Below, piece after piece: positions 1 through 9,652 of a DNA stretch of 64,000 nt; the first letter of the stretch is position 1, and every line of letters starts with the position of its first letter. This DNA is from an uncultured Ignavibacteriota bacterium (GTDB lineage: Bacteria; Bacteroidota; Ignavibacteria; UBA10030; UBA8401): NCBI GenBank assembly GCA_903884005.1, contig CAISDA010000072.1, forward strand, positions 95,522 to 159,521, read 5' to 3'. The notes below the pieces were generated by a model. It had not been told where the DNA came from. It worked only from the letters and a program-made list of their open reading frames with translations, and did no database searches. The position numbers and the translations under genes were made by a program.

Positions 1-1139
1 GTCTCGAACGTATAGGGCGCACCGCTCAAAGCGACAGCGGCATATTCATCGAAGTACGGCGGTACGCCCGTCCCATAGAGAGAGCTCGCCAACAAGCCGC
101 GCGCAGTGCTTTGGGGAAGACCCGTGTGCTTCTCATATGCCGGGTTGATATCGAGAATCCGATAATCAATTGCACGGTCGTCTTCGTAGATCATTTCATG
201 GATGGCAACGCCCTCGGTCATATTTTCGAAGAGCGTCCGGAATTTTTGTTCGCTCGCATGCAGCGTCTCTGCAGATTGCGTGCGTTCGGTGTAACTGGCT
301 GCAAGCAAAAAACCGGTAATGCTCGCAAACCCGATATAAAGCTGAACATGCAATAAGCGTGCAGCGGGAGTGACTCCTCCCCAAATCAATGGCCCGGTCA
401 TGACCGCATCGCTCGTCGCTGCGATAGTGGCAAGCACAATGAGCGCCAACGTGACCCCCTGTTGCTCGAACCTGAACGCGCACCAGGCAAGGAGTGTAAA
501 GAGCATATACGGTTGCACAACAGACAGTGTGAAAGGTCCGTGCGTGGAGAAGAGCATCCACGCGGCATAACTCCAAAGGGAAAAGAACACACTTGCCTCT
601 AACACTCTGGACCATCGCACATGGGCGAATGAAACGATGCGCACGTTCCATGCAACAATAAGCGGCGTAATAAGCAAAATACCCAGTCCATCGGATATCC
701 ACCATGCTGTATAAAAGCTCCAAAAGGGGGCAAGATGCGTGAGCGAGGCTGTTCCGGCACCTATCGTGGCGGTGAATGCATTCAAAACGGTTGCGGCGCA
801 AATCAATGCCAGGATTTCATTGATCAAAGTAAAGCGGACGGTTTTTCCGCACCAGAATGTGATGAGCCACGCACTGCCAAGCGATTCGAGAATATTCGCA
901 GTCATAAATCCGATACTGTCAATCAGTGCCCGCCCGGCAAGGAAGTTCGCCACGTTGCCTGACACAAAAATAGCAGCGATGACGGCGGGCCATAAATACC
1001 GGGGGCACAGCAGAAGGGCCGCCAAGCCGATTCCCGCAGCCGGCCACACGGTCATAAGAACCTGATTGGAATCGGGGAAAAGAAATGATACCTGGTTGAC
1101 CGCAAAATAGGCTGCGGCGATACCTCCGACCTTAACCAT
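1..1139 (-). CDS. MASE1-domain membrane sensor with PAS domain (sensor kinase N-terminal part; C-terminus beyond window edge). Not in the supplied ORF track because no stop lies in the window
   Basis: Manual reverse-complement translation from the ATG at 1137-1139 reads MVKVGGIAAAYFAVNQVSFLFPDSNQVLMTVWPAAGIGLAALLL... It gives multiple TM helices typical of MASE1, then a PAS-like segment (EQKFRTLFENMTEGVAIHEMIYEDDRAIDYRILDINPAYEKHTGL). The frame stays open to position 1. Confidence 0.6.
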   Translation of the reverse strand, partial: MVKVGGIAAAYFAVNQVSFLFPDSNQVLMTVWPAAGIGLAALLLCPRYLWPAVIAAIFVSGNVANFLAGRALIDSIGFMTANILESLGSAWLITFWCGKTVRFTLINEILALICAATVLNAFTATIGAGTASLTHLAPFWSFYTAWWISDGLGILLITPLIVAWNVRIVSFAHVRWSRVLEASVFFSLWSYAAWMLFSTHGPFTLSVVQPYMLFTLLAWCAFRFEQQGVTLALIVLATIAATSDAVMTGPLIWGGVTPAARLLHVQLYIGFASITGFLLAASYTERTQSAETLHASEQKFRTLFENMTEGVAIHEMIYEDDRAIDYRILDINPAYEKHTGLPQSTARGLLASSLYGTGVPPYFDEYAAVALSGAPYTFE

Positions 1140-1185
1140 ATCCCGGCGGAGAGAATGGGGGGAACGGAGGACATGCTGTTTGTCA

Positions 1186-3963
1186 TCATTGTTGTTCATT
1201 GAGATCTCTCGCAGGCAAAAGTACGCGGATAGTCGTTCCTATTCCCACAGCGCTCTCCACGGTGATGCCGCCTTTATGTCCTTGAATAATTCCAAAGACG
1301 GCAGAAAGGCCTAATCCGCGCCCAATAAATTTGGTTGTGAAGAATGGATCGAATATCTTATCCATCGTTTCCCGGTCCATTCCACTTCCAGTGTCGCTCA
1401 CCGTCAACAATGCATATGCGCCGGGTTTCAATGGTATCGTCATGATGCGGGTGTATGGAATCAGCTCTTGAGTCCCCATCGTGACGTGAGAGAGCGTAAC
1501 ACTGACAGTTCCCTGTTTCTCTCCAATTGCTTCTGAGCTGTTGGCGATAAGATTCATAATGATCTGTTTCATCTGTCCGGGGTCTCCACTGACATGCACA
1601 GGAAGCGAAGGCATATGCGTCTCCAGTGTGACATTCTTCGACGAAGAGGCGTTGAACAGAATGATATGGCGTTGGACCACATCGGCCATATCGAGTGTCT
1701 GAATTTCAACCATTCCTTTTCCGGAGTAGGCGAGCATTTGTTTCGTCAGGTCGGATGCGCGTTCCATTGCAAACAATACTCTTTCAAGATATTTATGGGC
1801 GGCATGCTGCACAGGCAATTGATCCTGCGCGAGAGAGGCATTCCCCATCATGATGCTGAGAAGATTATTAAAATCGTGCGCGATGCCGCCTGCGACAATG
1901 CCGAGACTTTCCATTTTTTGGGCGCTGCGCAGTTCCTGTTCCATGATCTTGCGATCGGAAATGTCGCGCCCGATGCCCACGATTCCAATGATCTTGTTGT
2001 CCCTGTCCCTCAAAGGAATTTTGGAGGAGAGCAGCCAGCGTTTCTGCCCCTTCTCGTCGAATACATATTCTTCTCTATTAAGGACCGGCTGGCCTGTTTG
2101 TATCACCGATTGATCATCCGCAAAAAAACGTTCGGCGATTTTTTTCGGATAAAGATCAAAATCATTTTTCCCTATCACTTCAGATTCGGACGATGCTCCC
2201 ATGTGCTGCAGGTCTGCGGCATTGGCAAGCGTCTTCCGGCTAGTCAGGTCTTTGGAATAAATGGAATCTGGAATATTATCAATGAGAGTGCGAAGCAGCA
2301 ATCGTTCATTTTGGAGCGCCTCTTCAGCGCGCTTGCGCTCGGTGATATCGCGCTGGATCCCCAAATAGCCGACGATCCTATGATCCGCATCATAGATCGC
2401 GTTTGCAGATCCTTCGATGTCGATGAGGGTTCCGTCCTTCCTGCGATTTTTCAGTTCCCCTCTCACTTCCTGGCTGCTCAACAGGGTCTTCCAGAACATT
2501 TCGTAAATGTCCACTCCCATCGTTCCGCTCTTGAGTATGCGCGGAGTCACCTTACCGACGATCTCCTCAGCGGTATAACCGTACATCGCTGTGAATCCCG
2601 GATTGACAAACGTGATGATACCCTTTTCGTCAGTGAGAAAAATTGCTTCACCAGAAGTATCCAGCGCCTTCCGAAATTTTACGAGCTCGGCTTCGGCTTT
2701 TTTTTGATCGGTAACATCACGGAACAGCCCGAGCGCTCCGATAAAGATGCCGTCGTTATCATAATACGGGCTGGCCGTTGTGAACAGCTGACGTTTCGTG
2801 CCATCCACCCGATTGATCTGTATGATGTACCTGGACGTCTCGCCTTTTTGTCGCATGCCGGATTGGTCCTGGATTTTTGAGAATTCATCCGGATCCACGA
2901 ACTCGGCGATACTCCGGCCAATGAGCCCGTCGGGTGGCACGCCAAAAATGGCCTCCGCAGCCGGATTGACGAGCGAAAACCTCTCATCGCGATCCACCAT
3001 CGCAATTCCCTCCAGGAGATGTTCGACAAGGGATCGGTATCGCTCCTCACTTTCACGCAATGTTTTTGCAGAATATTCGCGATCGCGGTCGGTCTTGTTG
3101 AGCGATCGCCCGATCACCCACACGAGAGTGACAAGAACGACCATATCTGCCGCAGCGGCGACCACATCGGCAAATTGCTCTCCATACCATACGTGCTCGC
3201 CCAAGCCGACCAACCACGCCAGTACCGCCGGCACCACTATTGCAGCCGGCATGAGACGGCGAGCCACAAAACTGCCCGACCCATTGCTCATCAGCACACG
3301 AGCGAAGCCCACGTTCCGCTGCAGGCAGAGCACTCCAAGCACCAACAGAATGAATGAGATGCATGTATTGAGTGCCATGCGTGTGTGAATGACATACCCG
3401 GAAGAGTCTGATACACCGTAGACGAACGCGAGAAGGGCGAGCAAACCGAGCAGGCCGACGATGAGCGCAAGAACCTGTGCGATTTTTTCGGCCCATTGGT
3501 TCCTCCTCTTGATCATCATCAACGCGAATCCAAGGAGGGAAAAACCGATCGCAGTATTGAGGACCATTCGTCCCGGAAAGAGAGTGCCGGGAGGTACCAT
3601 TGTTTCTTTGAAGATCAACTGGTCGATACCCGCGTCCCACATGCAGGCATATTCTGCAATCGTAACGAGTCCGATCGCACAGGCAAGGAACGCGGATACC
3701 CTGCCTGCCATCCTCCACACGCCTTCTCTCGTGTTGGAGAGAAGCAGCAGAGATATTCCCGAAAAAATAAACGCAATTGCTGCGTTTATTTTCATCGGGA
3801 TCAGACCGGAAAAAACGCTCGTCAACAGCGGGATGTTACCTATCCAGCCAACAATGACGATACTCCCTATTGTGAGAGCCGCTACACCCGCGATACGGGG
3901 GAATGCATTGATCCACCGGTTTAACCGGACATGAACTCGAGAACGTGCCGAAATATTTTCCAA
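1186..3963 (-). CDS. multi-sensor histidine kinase (N-terminal polytopic membrane domain, three PAS/PAC domains, HisKA, HATPase_c)
   Basis: 925 aa. HisKA H-box ESLGIVAGGIAHDFNNLL; ATPase N/G boxes (MNLIANSSEAI, DTGSGMD, GRGLGLS); repeated PAS signatures; about 8 TM helices at the N-terminus. Confidence 0.85.
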   Translation of the reverse strand: MENISARSRVHVRLNRWINAFPRIAGVAALTIGSIVIVGWIGNIPLLTSVFSGLIPMKINAAIAFIFSGISLLLLSNTREGVWRMAGRVSAFLACAIGLVTIAEYACMWDAGIDQLIFKETMVPPGTLFPGRMVLNTAIGFSLLGFALMMIKRRNQWAEKIAQVLALIVGLLGLLALLAFVYGVSDSSGYVIHTRMALNTCISFILLVLGVLCLQRNVGFARVLMSNGSGSFVARRLMPAAIVVPAVLAWLVGLGEHVWYGEQFADVVAAAADMVVLVTLVWVIGRSLNKTDRDREYSAKTLRESEERYRSLVEHLLEGIAMVDRDERFSLVNPAAEAIFGVPPDGLIGRSIAEFVDPDEFSKIQDQSGMRQKGETSRYIIQINRVDGTKRQLFTTASPYYDNDGIFIGALGLFRDVTDQKKAEAELVKFRKALDTSGEAIFLTDEKGIITFVNPGFTAMYGYTAEEIVGKVTPRILKSGTMGVDIYEMFWKTLLSSQEVRGELKNRRKDGTLIDIEGSANAIYDADHRIVGYLGIQRDITERKRAEEALQNERLLLRTLIDNIPDSIYSKDLTSRKTLANAADLQHMGASSESEVIGKNDFDLYPKKIAERFFADDQSVIQTGQPVLNREEYVFDEKGQKRWLLSSKIPLRDRDNKIIGIVGIGRDISDRKIMEQELRSAQKMESLGIVAGGIAHDFNNLLSIMMGNASLAQDQLPVQHAAHKYLERVLFAMERASDLTKQMLAYSGKGMVEIQTLDMADVVQRHIILFNASSSKNVTLETHMPSLPVHVSGDPGQMKQIIMNLIANSSEAIGEKQGTVSVTLSHVTMGTQELIPYTRIMTIPLKPGAYALLTVSDTGSGMDRETMDKIFDPFFTTKFIGRGLGLSAVFGIIQGHKGGITVESAVGIGTTIRVLLPARDLNEQQ

Positions 3964-4103
3964 GACAGTACTTCATTTTAAACTTCCCTCGAAAGTATTC
4001 GCCGCATTCAGAGAAGCTTGGTGTTAAATACTATGTGATGTGTGACTCGCGCTGAGCGATGAATGGCGCTTTGTAATGTACTTATTTACTCAATATGTTT
4101 CAA

Positions 4104-5009
4104 TTACTGTCTAAGGGAATACACATCCCATACAATTTTTGCAATGTTCGCAATGACGTCATCACGAGCATTGTCTCCGGCGCTGGAGTTGGAAACAAAA
4201 ACGACAATAATACAATGGTGGCCATTAGGGAGTGTCACAATGCCGGCATCATTTGTCGCGGCGGCCATCCCCTTCTCATCGACCCCGGACGAACCTGTTT
4301 TATGAGCAACGATGGTTCCTGCCGGCAATAGGCCCTTGAGTCTTTGCGGACCCGATTTCGTCTTTACCATGAGCTGCCAGAGATATTCCCTGCCCTTGTA
4401 CGAGAGTATGCTATCGCGGCAGAACGTGTGGAGCAAGTGTGCCATTGCAGCGGGAGTGCTATAGTTCTTATACTGGACATCCGAGTCGCGGTGCATTTCC
4501 GCTTCGGTCGCGACGATCTCCATCTCTGTGATGCCAAGGCCGTGGATATAGCGGTTGACACTGTCCGGCCCTCCCACCAGTCGAAAGAGAATATCGCATC
4601 CATTATTATCGCTTTCCGACACAGTATACGTCAACAGTTCATCCAGGGTGACAGCACTACTTCCCTCGGGATACTTTTCTCGCAGAGGACTCCACGTGTT
4701 TGGACGCAGGTCGTCCTTTTTCACGACGATGCGTTGATCGAACGCTAATGCGCCTTTGTCTACCAGGCTGAGCACGGCCAATGCAAGCGGAAATTTATAG
4801 ACGCTCTGCATTGGATAGTTGCCATGGCCGTCGATCGTCAGTGAATCGTCATTCTCCAATCCGCGTATGGCCACGCCGATAGTTCCGTTGGCACGTCCGA
4901 TGATACGGTCAAGTTTCGTTCGTAATGAATCAGCCTGAGCAACGAGGAGTATTGGAACAACGTGAAGAATGAATAGAGCAACGATGCAACGCTTCTTGAA
5001 TGTCGTCAT
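4104..5009 (-). CDS. class A beta-lactamase, CepA/CblA/CfxA-like (Bacteroidetes-type subclass)
   Basis: Signal peptide MTTFKKRCIVALFILHVVPILLVAQA. S-x-x-K as PMQSVYKF, SDN as SESDNNGCDILF, KTG as KTGSSG. Strong resemblance to Bacteroides CepA (MQSVFKFHLALAV, DNNACDIL). Start is taken at the internal ATG after the ORF-track start. Confidence 0.85.
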   Translation of the reverse strand: MTTFKKRCIVALFILHVVPILLVAQADSLRTKLDRIIGRANGTIGVAIRGLENDDSLTIDGHGNYPMQSVYKFPLALAVLSLVDKGALAFDQRIVVKKDDLRPNTWSPLREKYPEGSSAVTLDELLTYTVSESDNNGCDILFRLVGGPDSVNRYIHGLGITEMEIVATEAEMHRDSDVQYKNYSTPAAMAHLLHTFCRDSILSYKGREYLWQLMVKTKSGPQRLKGLLPAGTIVAHKTGSSGVDEKGMAAATNDAGIVTLPNGHHCIIVVFVSNSSAGDNARDDVIANIAKIVWDVYSLRQ

Positions 5010-5082
5010 AGTAATCTCCGTACTTGTTGATTCAGCGGTGTACATTTTTCGGTTCAGCGAATGTCGAACGAGAATTTATAGA

Positions 5083-5925
5083 TCACTGCTGCAGTTGTCC
5101 CTTCGGAAGACGAATCGTTGGCATTGCCGCTGCCTTGCGGGATGCTCGTATTCGTTGACGGCGGAGGCCCATTAATGATTTTTCATATGCATCGTCGTAG
5201 GGCATTCCCCGCACCATCAATGTTCGCTCTGCCAACTCGGCGGCGATGGAAAATTCCATTTCTTCGCACGAGATCTGGGCATCGAGCCATATTTCTCCGG
5301 GCGGAATGAAGTGATATGCGCGATCATTTCCGCTCAGTCCAAAATCAGGAAATACGTCTCGCCGTATGGCGGCACCGTCGACGATCCATACGTCCACCGA
5401 GTCCCGCTTTCCTACGCGGACGCGATAGACACCATGGAGATGCACGGAATCGCCGAGACGCATACACTCTTTCGCGCCGTCACAATCGGTCGGTGAGACA
5501 GGACACAATTGGCGTTCGTGCTCGGCGCACATGCTGTAATCATCCTGCCGCAGGTGTTGCTCTATCATAAGGGCGCTGTCATGAGCCGCACCATAGGTCC
5601 ATCCGTGTTTCGCCATCAATTCACGTTCGCATAATTCGTGGATGAGGGTATAATGATATTCCTCGCAGGATATCGCATGGTCGATCCATATTTCATCGGC
5701 GGGCACGCACTGATACCGTTCATGGTTGCCGCCGTAGAGGAATTCGGGTATGACAACTTCACGGATGGCTTTGCCATCAACAATCCAGACATTGAAACCA
5801 CCAATGGTGCCGCAATCGACACGATAGACATTGGGGAGCGGTGAGCGCCCTTGTGCGTCGGCGTTCCCGATTGTTCCAGCCAGCAGGAACAACCATAACC
5901 AAGGCGCGTATAATCGTTTCATCAT
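5083..5925 (-). CDS. secreted Cys-rich protein composed of two tandem copies of a ~95-aa domain of unknown function; co-operonic with the beta-lactamase
   Basis: Signal peptide MMKRLYAPWLWLFLLAGTIGNADA. Internal duplication: YRVDCGTIGGFNVWIVDGKAIREVVIPEF..EIWIDHAISCEE..IHELCERELM versus YRVRVGKRDSVDVWIVDGAAIRRDVFPDF..EIWLDAQISCEE..AAELAERTLM. The stop lies 36-74 bp upstream of the bla start on the same strand. Confidence 0.6.
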   Translation of the reverse strand: MMKRLYAPWLWLFLLAGTIGNADAQGRSPLPNVYRVDCGTIGGFNVWIVDGKAIREVVIPEFLYGGNHERYQCVPADEIWIDHAISCEEYHYTLIHELCERELMAKHGWTYGAAHDSALMIEQHLRQDDYSMCAEHERQLCPVSPTDCDGAKECMRLGDSVHLHGVYRVRVGKRDSVDVWIVDGAAIRRDVFPDFGLSGNDRAYHFIPPGEIWLDAQISCEEMEFSIAAELAERTLMVRGMPYDDAYEKSLMGLRRQRIRASRKAAAMPTIRLPKGQLQQ

Positions 5926-6153
5926 CGTTCAGATCTGGTTGAATGAGCCGGTGTTGTACAGCGATGCTACAAAGAAGGAGAAATCGATGTCATCCGCAAG
6001 GGGAAAAAGCGAAAAATAACCAATGAAAATTTTTCCTCTTCAGAAAAATCTTCCATTGATTTTCAAGCGTTTTTCCATTATATTTTTCTACTAAAGACTA
6101 TAATGTCCATCAATCACCATCATGTGTAATGCAGTTAGGAGCACTATCTCAGT

Positions 6154-8247
6154 ATGCCTATTATGACGAAAATGCGGGACAGCATGCCTGCCATCTTAAT
6201 TGGTCTCGTAGTTGTCTTTTTAATTACCATTGTGTTCGAATGGGGAATGGATTATGCGGGCATCCGTTCAAAGCATAACGACACGATCGGGGTCATCGAC
6301 GGGAAGAAAATCAGCTATAATGAATTTTCCGAACTCGTCAAAAAACAGACCGAGCAGCAAAAAGCGCAATCGAAGCAGGAAACCGATGATAATACGCTCC
6401 GCACCATCCGCGAACAAGTATGGACTGCGCTTGTGACGCAGACGATTGTAGAACAGGAAAGCGAACGCTCCGGGTTGAAAGTGACCGATCAGGAGATCGT
6501 GGATTGGGTGCGCGGCGAGAATCCACCCGAATTTTTAGCGCAGCAGTTCCGTGATTCCACGGGTCGGTTTAACCGCGCAGCGTATGAAAGCGCACTCAAC
6601 GATCCGCGCAACAAGGATATTTGGGTGCAGGTCGAATCGGCATTGAAGCAGCAGCGTCTTGCAGAAAAAATGCAGAGCATTGTCCTGTCGACCGTGCGAG
6701 CGACGCCGGGAGATGTTGAACAGCGCTTCATGGACCAGAATCTCAAGATCAATGCGGAGTATGCATTCTTCGATCCCTCCGTGCTCGTACCGGATGCCGC
6801 AGTGACCGCGAGCGACGACGACATGAAAAAATTCTATAACGAGCATCAGGTCGAGTTCAAGAATCCCGCGCTCCGTAAAATGAAGTACATCTTCTTCAAC
6901 GACCAGCCCTCGGCCAAGGACAGCGAAGACGTCATCAACGAAATGAACAGCGTGCTGCAGCAGGCGAAAACGGGAGCGGACTTTGCCGATCTTCAGAAAA
7001 AATATTCCGAAGGCAAGACCGAACCGATCGTCGTGAAGCATGGCGAAGCATCGCCTGCGAAGGAAAAAGCAGTCTTCTCGGCAAAGGCCGGCGATATCAT
7101 CGGACCGGTGAACGACGCAGACGGCATCCATTTGATGAAAATTGTGGAAGAGAAGACGGGAACCGACACATTTGTGAAGGCGAAGCACATTCTGCTCAGC
7201 GGTGCGAAGGATAAAGAAGCGGAATCGATGAAGCTTGCCAAGGATCTCATTGCCCGCGCCAAGAAGGGCGAGGATTTTTCAGCGCTTGCGCGGCAATTTT
7301 CCACTGAACCGGGCGCTGCCTCTTCGGGCGGCGATCTGGGCTGGTTCGGCAAAGGACGCATGGTGAAAGAATTTGAAGAAGCGGCGTTGAAAGGGAAAAC
7401 CGGCGACATCATCGGGCCGGTGAAGACGCAGTTCGGCATTCATGTCATTAAAATTGAAGGCCGCGACACGCGCGAATTGAAGGTTGCCGACATTCTCATG
7501 AGCATCAAAACAAGCGGATCGACGCGCGACGCGGCATTCCAGCGGGCGCAGGATTTCGCGTATGTTGCAAAGGACGGCAAGTTCGAAAAGGATGCCGAAA
7601 GCTTCGGCCTGCCGGTTCAAGAGACGCCTGAGTTCCAAAAGGGGGCCATGGTGCCGGGCCTCGGATATTTTGAATCGCTCAACAAGTTCGCCTTCAAGAA
7701 AGATCTCGACGATGTCAGCGAAGTCTATCAGGTAAACGGCGGGTATGTTGTCGCAAAAATTTCCGATGTCAAAAAAGAAGGCGTGCGCCCGTTTGACGAA
7801 GTGAAACAGGGATTGCAGTCGCGCGTGGTCTTTAAGATGAAGCTCGCAAAATTGAAGGAACTCGCCGCACAGAAACGCAGTTCGATCGGCGACAACGGAG
7901 ATCTGCGCACACTGGCAGCCGGCGATCCCAGGATCAAGGTCGACACGACAGGCACATTCACCTACGGCGGCGCCATTGCCGGCATCGGACGCGATTATGC
8001 ATTCTCCGGCATGGCAAAATCGCTCGAACCGGGAAAAGTATCGCAGCCGGTCGAAGGTTCACGCGGCGTATATCTGTTGAAAGTCACAGCACGTCCGGCA
8101 GTGGACAATGCCGCCTTAACGGCGCAGCGGACGGTGCTCTCGGCACAGATGCTCCAGGAAAAGAAACAGCGGGCGCTCTCGGCCTGGCTCGATAAAATGA
8201 AGGAAAGCGCGAAGATCGAAGACAATCGCGACATCTTCTTCCGGTAA
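6154..8247 (+). CDS. ppiD: periplasmic chaperone / peptidyl-prolyl cis-trans isomerase PpiD-like (N-terminal TM anchor, SurA_N-like and parvulin domains)
   Basis: 697 aa. N-terminal TM helix AILIGLVVVFLITIVF; parvulin rotamase motif GGDLGWFGKGRMVKEFEEAA..GIHVIKIEGR. Confidence 0.8.
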   Translation: MPIMTKMRDSMPAILIGLVVVFLITIVFEWGMDYAGIRSKHNDTIGVIDGKKISYNEFSELVKKQTEQQKAQSKQETDDNTLRTIREQVWTALVTQTIVEQESERSGLKVTDQEIVDWVRGENPPEFLAQQFRDSTGRFNRAAYESALNDPRNKDIWVQVESALKQQRLAEKMQSIVLSTVRATPGDVEQRFMDQNLKINAEYAFFDPSVLVPDAAVTASDDDMKKFYNEHQVEFKNPALRKMKYIFFNDQPSAKDSEDVINEMNSVLQQAKTGADFADLQKKYSEGKTEPIVVKHGEASPAKEKAVFSAKAGDIIGPVNDADGIHLMKIVEEKTGTDTFVKAKHILLSGAKDKEAESMKLAKDLIARAKKGEDFSALARQFSTEPGAASSGGDLGWFGKGRMVKEFEEAALKGKTGDIIGPVKTQFGIHVIKIEGRDTRELKVADILMSIKTSGSTRDAAFQRAQDFAYVAKDGKFEKDAESFGLPVQETPEFQKGAMVPGLGYFESLNKFAFKKDLDDVSEVYQVNGGYVVAKISDVKKEGVRPFDEVKQGLQSRVVFKMKLAKLKELAAQKRSSIGDNGDLRTLAAGDPRIKVDTTGTFTYGGAIAGIGRDYAFSGMAKSLEPGKVSQPVEGSRGVYLLKVTARPAVDNAALTAQRTVLSAQMLQEKKQRALSAWLDKMKESAKIEDNRDIFFR

Positions 8248-8273
8248 GAGCTACACATTGACGGAGGCACTCC

Positions 8274-8975
8274 GTGCTTCGATGGACGTTCATGATAAGC
8301 ATGCTCTCGGCGTACGCACTCTCTGCGGACGCCGAGAACTCCGTTCTCCTCCTCTTTAACGGGTCGTTCACGACCAACACGCGCATCTTTTCCAACGCAG
8401 ACAATCCCCAGTTGTACTCCGACATCACCAACATTCCCATCAATTATGGGATCGGCGCGGAAGTGCGTGTTCGAACGTTCTGGGAGCGGTGGGTTCTGGG
8501 TATCTCTGTGGAAAAAATTTCCGGGACCGTGGAAACGTCGGCCATCTATGACGGTCCCACTGGCCCGGTCATCATACCGCGCACGAACGGATACGAGATG
8601 GTTCCGGTCGAAGCCGGCATGTATTATACTGTCCCGATCAGCTCCACCACATTCGCATTTTATCTCGGGGGCGGCCTCGGGTATTACACCGGCAGGCGAA
8701 CCTCGTCGGTCGGCTCTGCCGCGTCTCGGTCGACGGACATCGCCAGCACGATGGGGATCCATGTTTCCACCGGCATCCGGTGGATGTTCACTCCCCTGTT
8801 GGCGCTCGATGCGCATCTGCGCTTTCGCGATCCGCAGATCAACGCAACGAATGTGTTCGATCAGAAATCGACGCTCATCAAGGGTGTTCCGGTACCGCTG
8901 GCCCAGGAACCGTCGCACACGGCGATCAATCTTAACGGAATTAATTATTCCGCAGGACTTGCGATTGTTTTTTAA
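8274..8975 (+). CDS. outer-membrane beta-barrel protein (OMP_b-brl-like), hypothetical
   Basis: Signal-peptide-like N-terminus, alternating amphipathic beta-strands, C-terminal aromatic residue (…GLAIVF) typical of OM beta-barrels. Confidence 0.55.
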   Translation: MLRWTFMISMLSAYALSADAENSVLLLFNGSFTTNTRIFSNADNPQLYSDITNIPINYGIGAEVRVRTFWERWVLGISVEKISGTVETSAIYDGPTGPVIIPRTNGYEMVPVEAGMYYTVPISSTTFAFYLGGGLGYYTGRRTSSVGSAASRSTDIASTMGIHVSTGIRWMFTPLLALDAHLRFRDPQINATNVFDQKSTLIKGVPVPLAQEPSHTAINLNGINYSAGLAIVF

Positions 8976-9009
8976 ATTTCATTTTTTATGATAGAGGGTT
9001 TATGCCTTG

Positions 9010-9046
9010 ATCCCGCGCGATGGCTGAGCGGGATTTATTTTTTTTC
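9010..9046 (+). terminator. rho-independent terminator downstream of the OMP gene
   Basis: Stem ATCCCGC (9010-9016) pairs with GCGGGAT (9028-9034), then TTATTTTTTTTT. The ORF-track ATG at 9020 for aroK lies inside this hairpin. Confidence 0.5.
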
Positions 9047-9085
9047 GAACGCAGCACTCACCGGTTGGATTCATTGGAAGCATGT

Positions 9086-9652
9086 GTGAAAAATCGACCC
9101 CCTGACGTCAAGCGCATCATATTCCTCATCGGTTTTATGGGCAGCGGGAAAAGCACGATCGGTCCGATCCTCGCCAATACGATCGGCTACAATTTCGTAG
9201 ACCTGGACGTTGCGATCGAACACCGCGAAGGGAAAAAAATCAACGAGATTTTTTCGGAGCGCGGCGAACAGTTTTTCCGTTCCATCGAAAGGACTGTCCT
9301 GGAAGAGATCGCGGCCCGGGCGGACAAGACCATCATCTCGCTCGGCGGGGGCACGATCGCGAACGAGGAAACGCTGCGGTACATAAAATCGACAGGCATC
9401 GTCGTGTATCTGAAGATCAGCGAAGATCAGATCTATAAGCGCCTCCACGCCAAGGGCGATCGTCCGATGCTGCGGGATGAGAACGGGACTCTGCTCAACG
9501 GCGAGCCGCTGATGGCAAAGATCCGGACCCTGCTGGACAAACGCACGCCGTATTACGATCGTGCGGATATTATCATGCACACGGACGACAAAAAGATCGG
9601 AATGACCATAGATGAACTCACCAAACACCTCCGCGGCCTCATCGAAACATGA
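9086..9652 (+). CDS. aroK: shikimate kinase
   Basis: Walker A FLIGFMGSGKSTIG, LID region, shikimate-binding GGG. Start proposed at in-frame GTG 9086 because the upstream ATG at 9020 sits within the terminator hairpin. Confidence 0.85.
   Translation: MKNRPPDVKRIIFLIGFMGSGKSTIGPILANTIGYNFVDLDVAIEHREGKKINEIFSERGEQFFRSIERTVLEEIAARADKTIISLGGGTIANEETLRYIKSTGIVVYLKISEDQIYKRLHAKGDRPMLRDENGTLLNGEPLMAKIRTLLDKRTPYYDRADIIMHTDDKKIGMTIDELTKHLRGLIET

Noticed and set aside
196-801. 201-aa minus-strand ORF and small plus-strand ORFs in the first 1.1 kb
   Set aside because: They are out of frame with, or antisense to, the manually translated MASE1-PAS gene, which has coherent TM/PAS features. The 201-aa product is Cys/Arg/His-rich with no motif.
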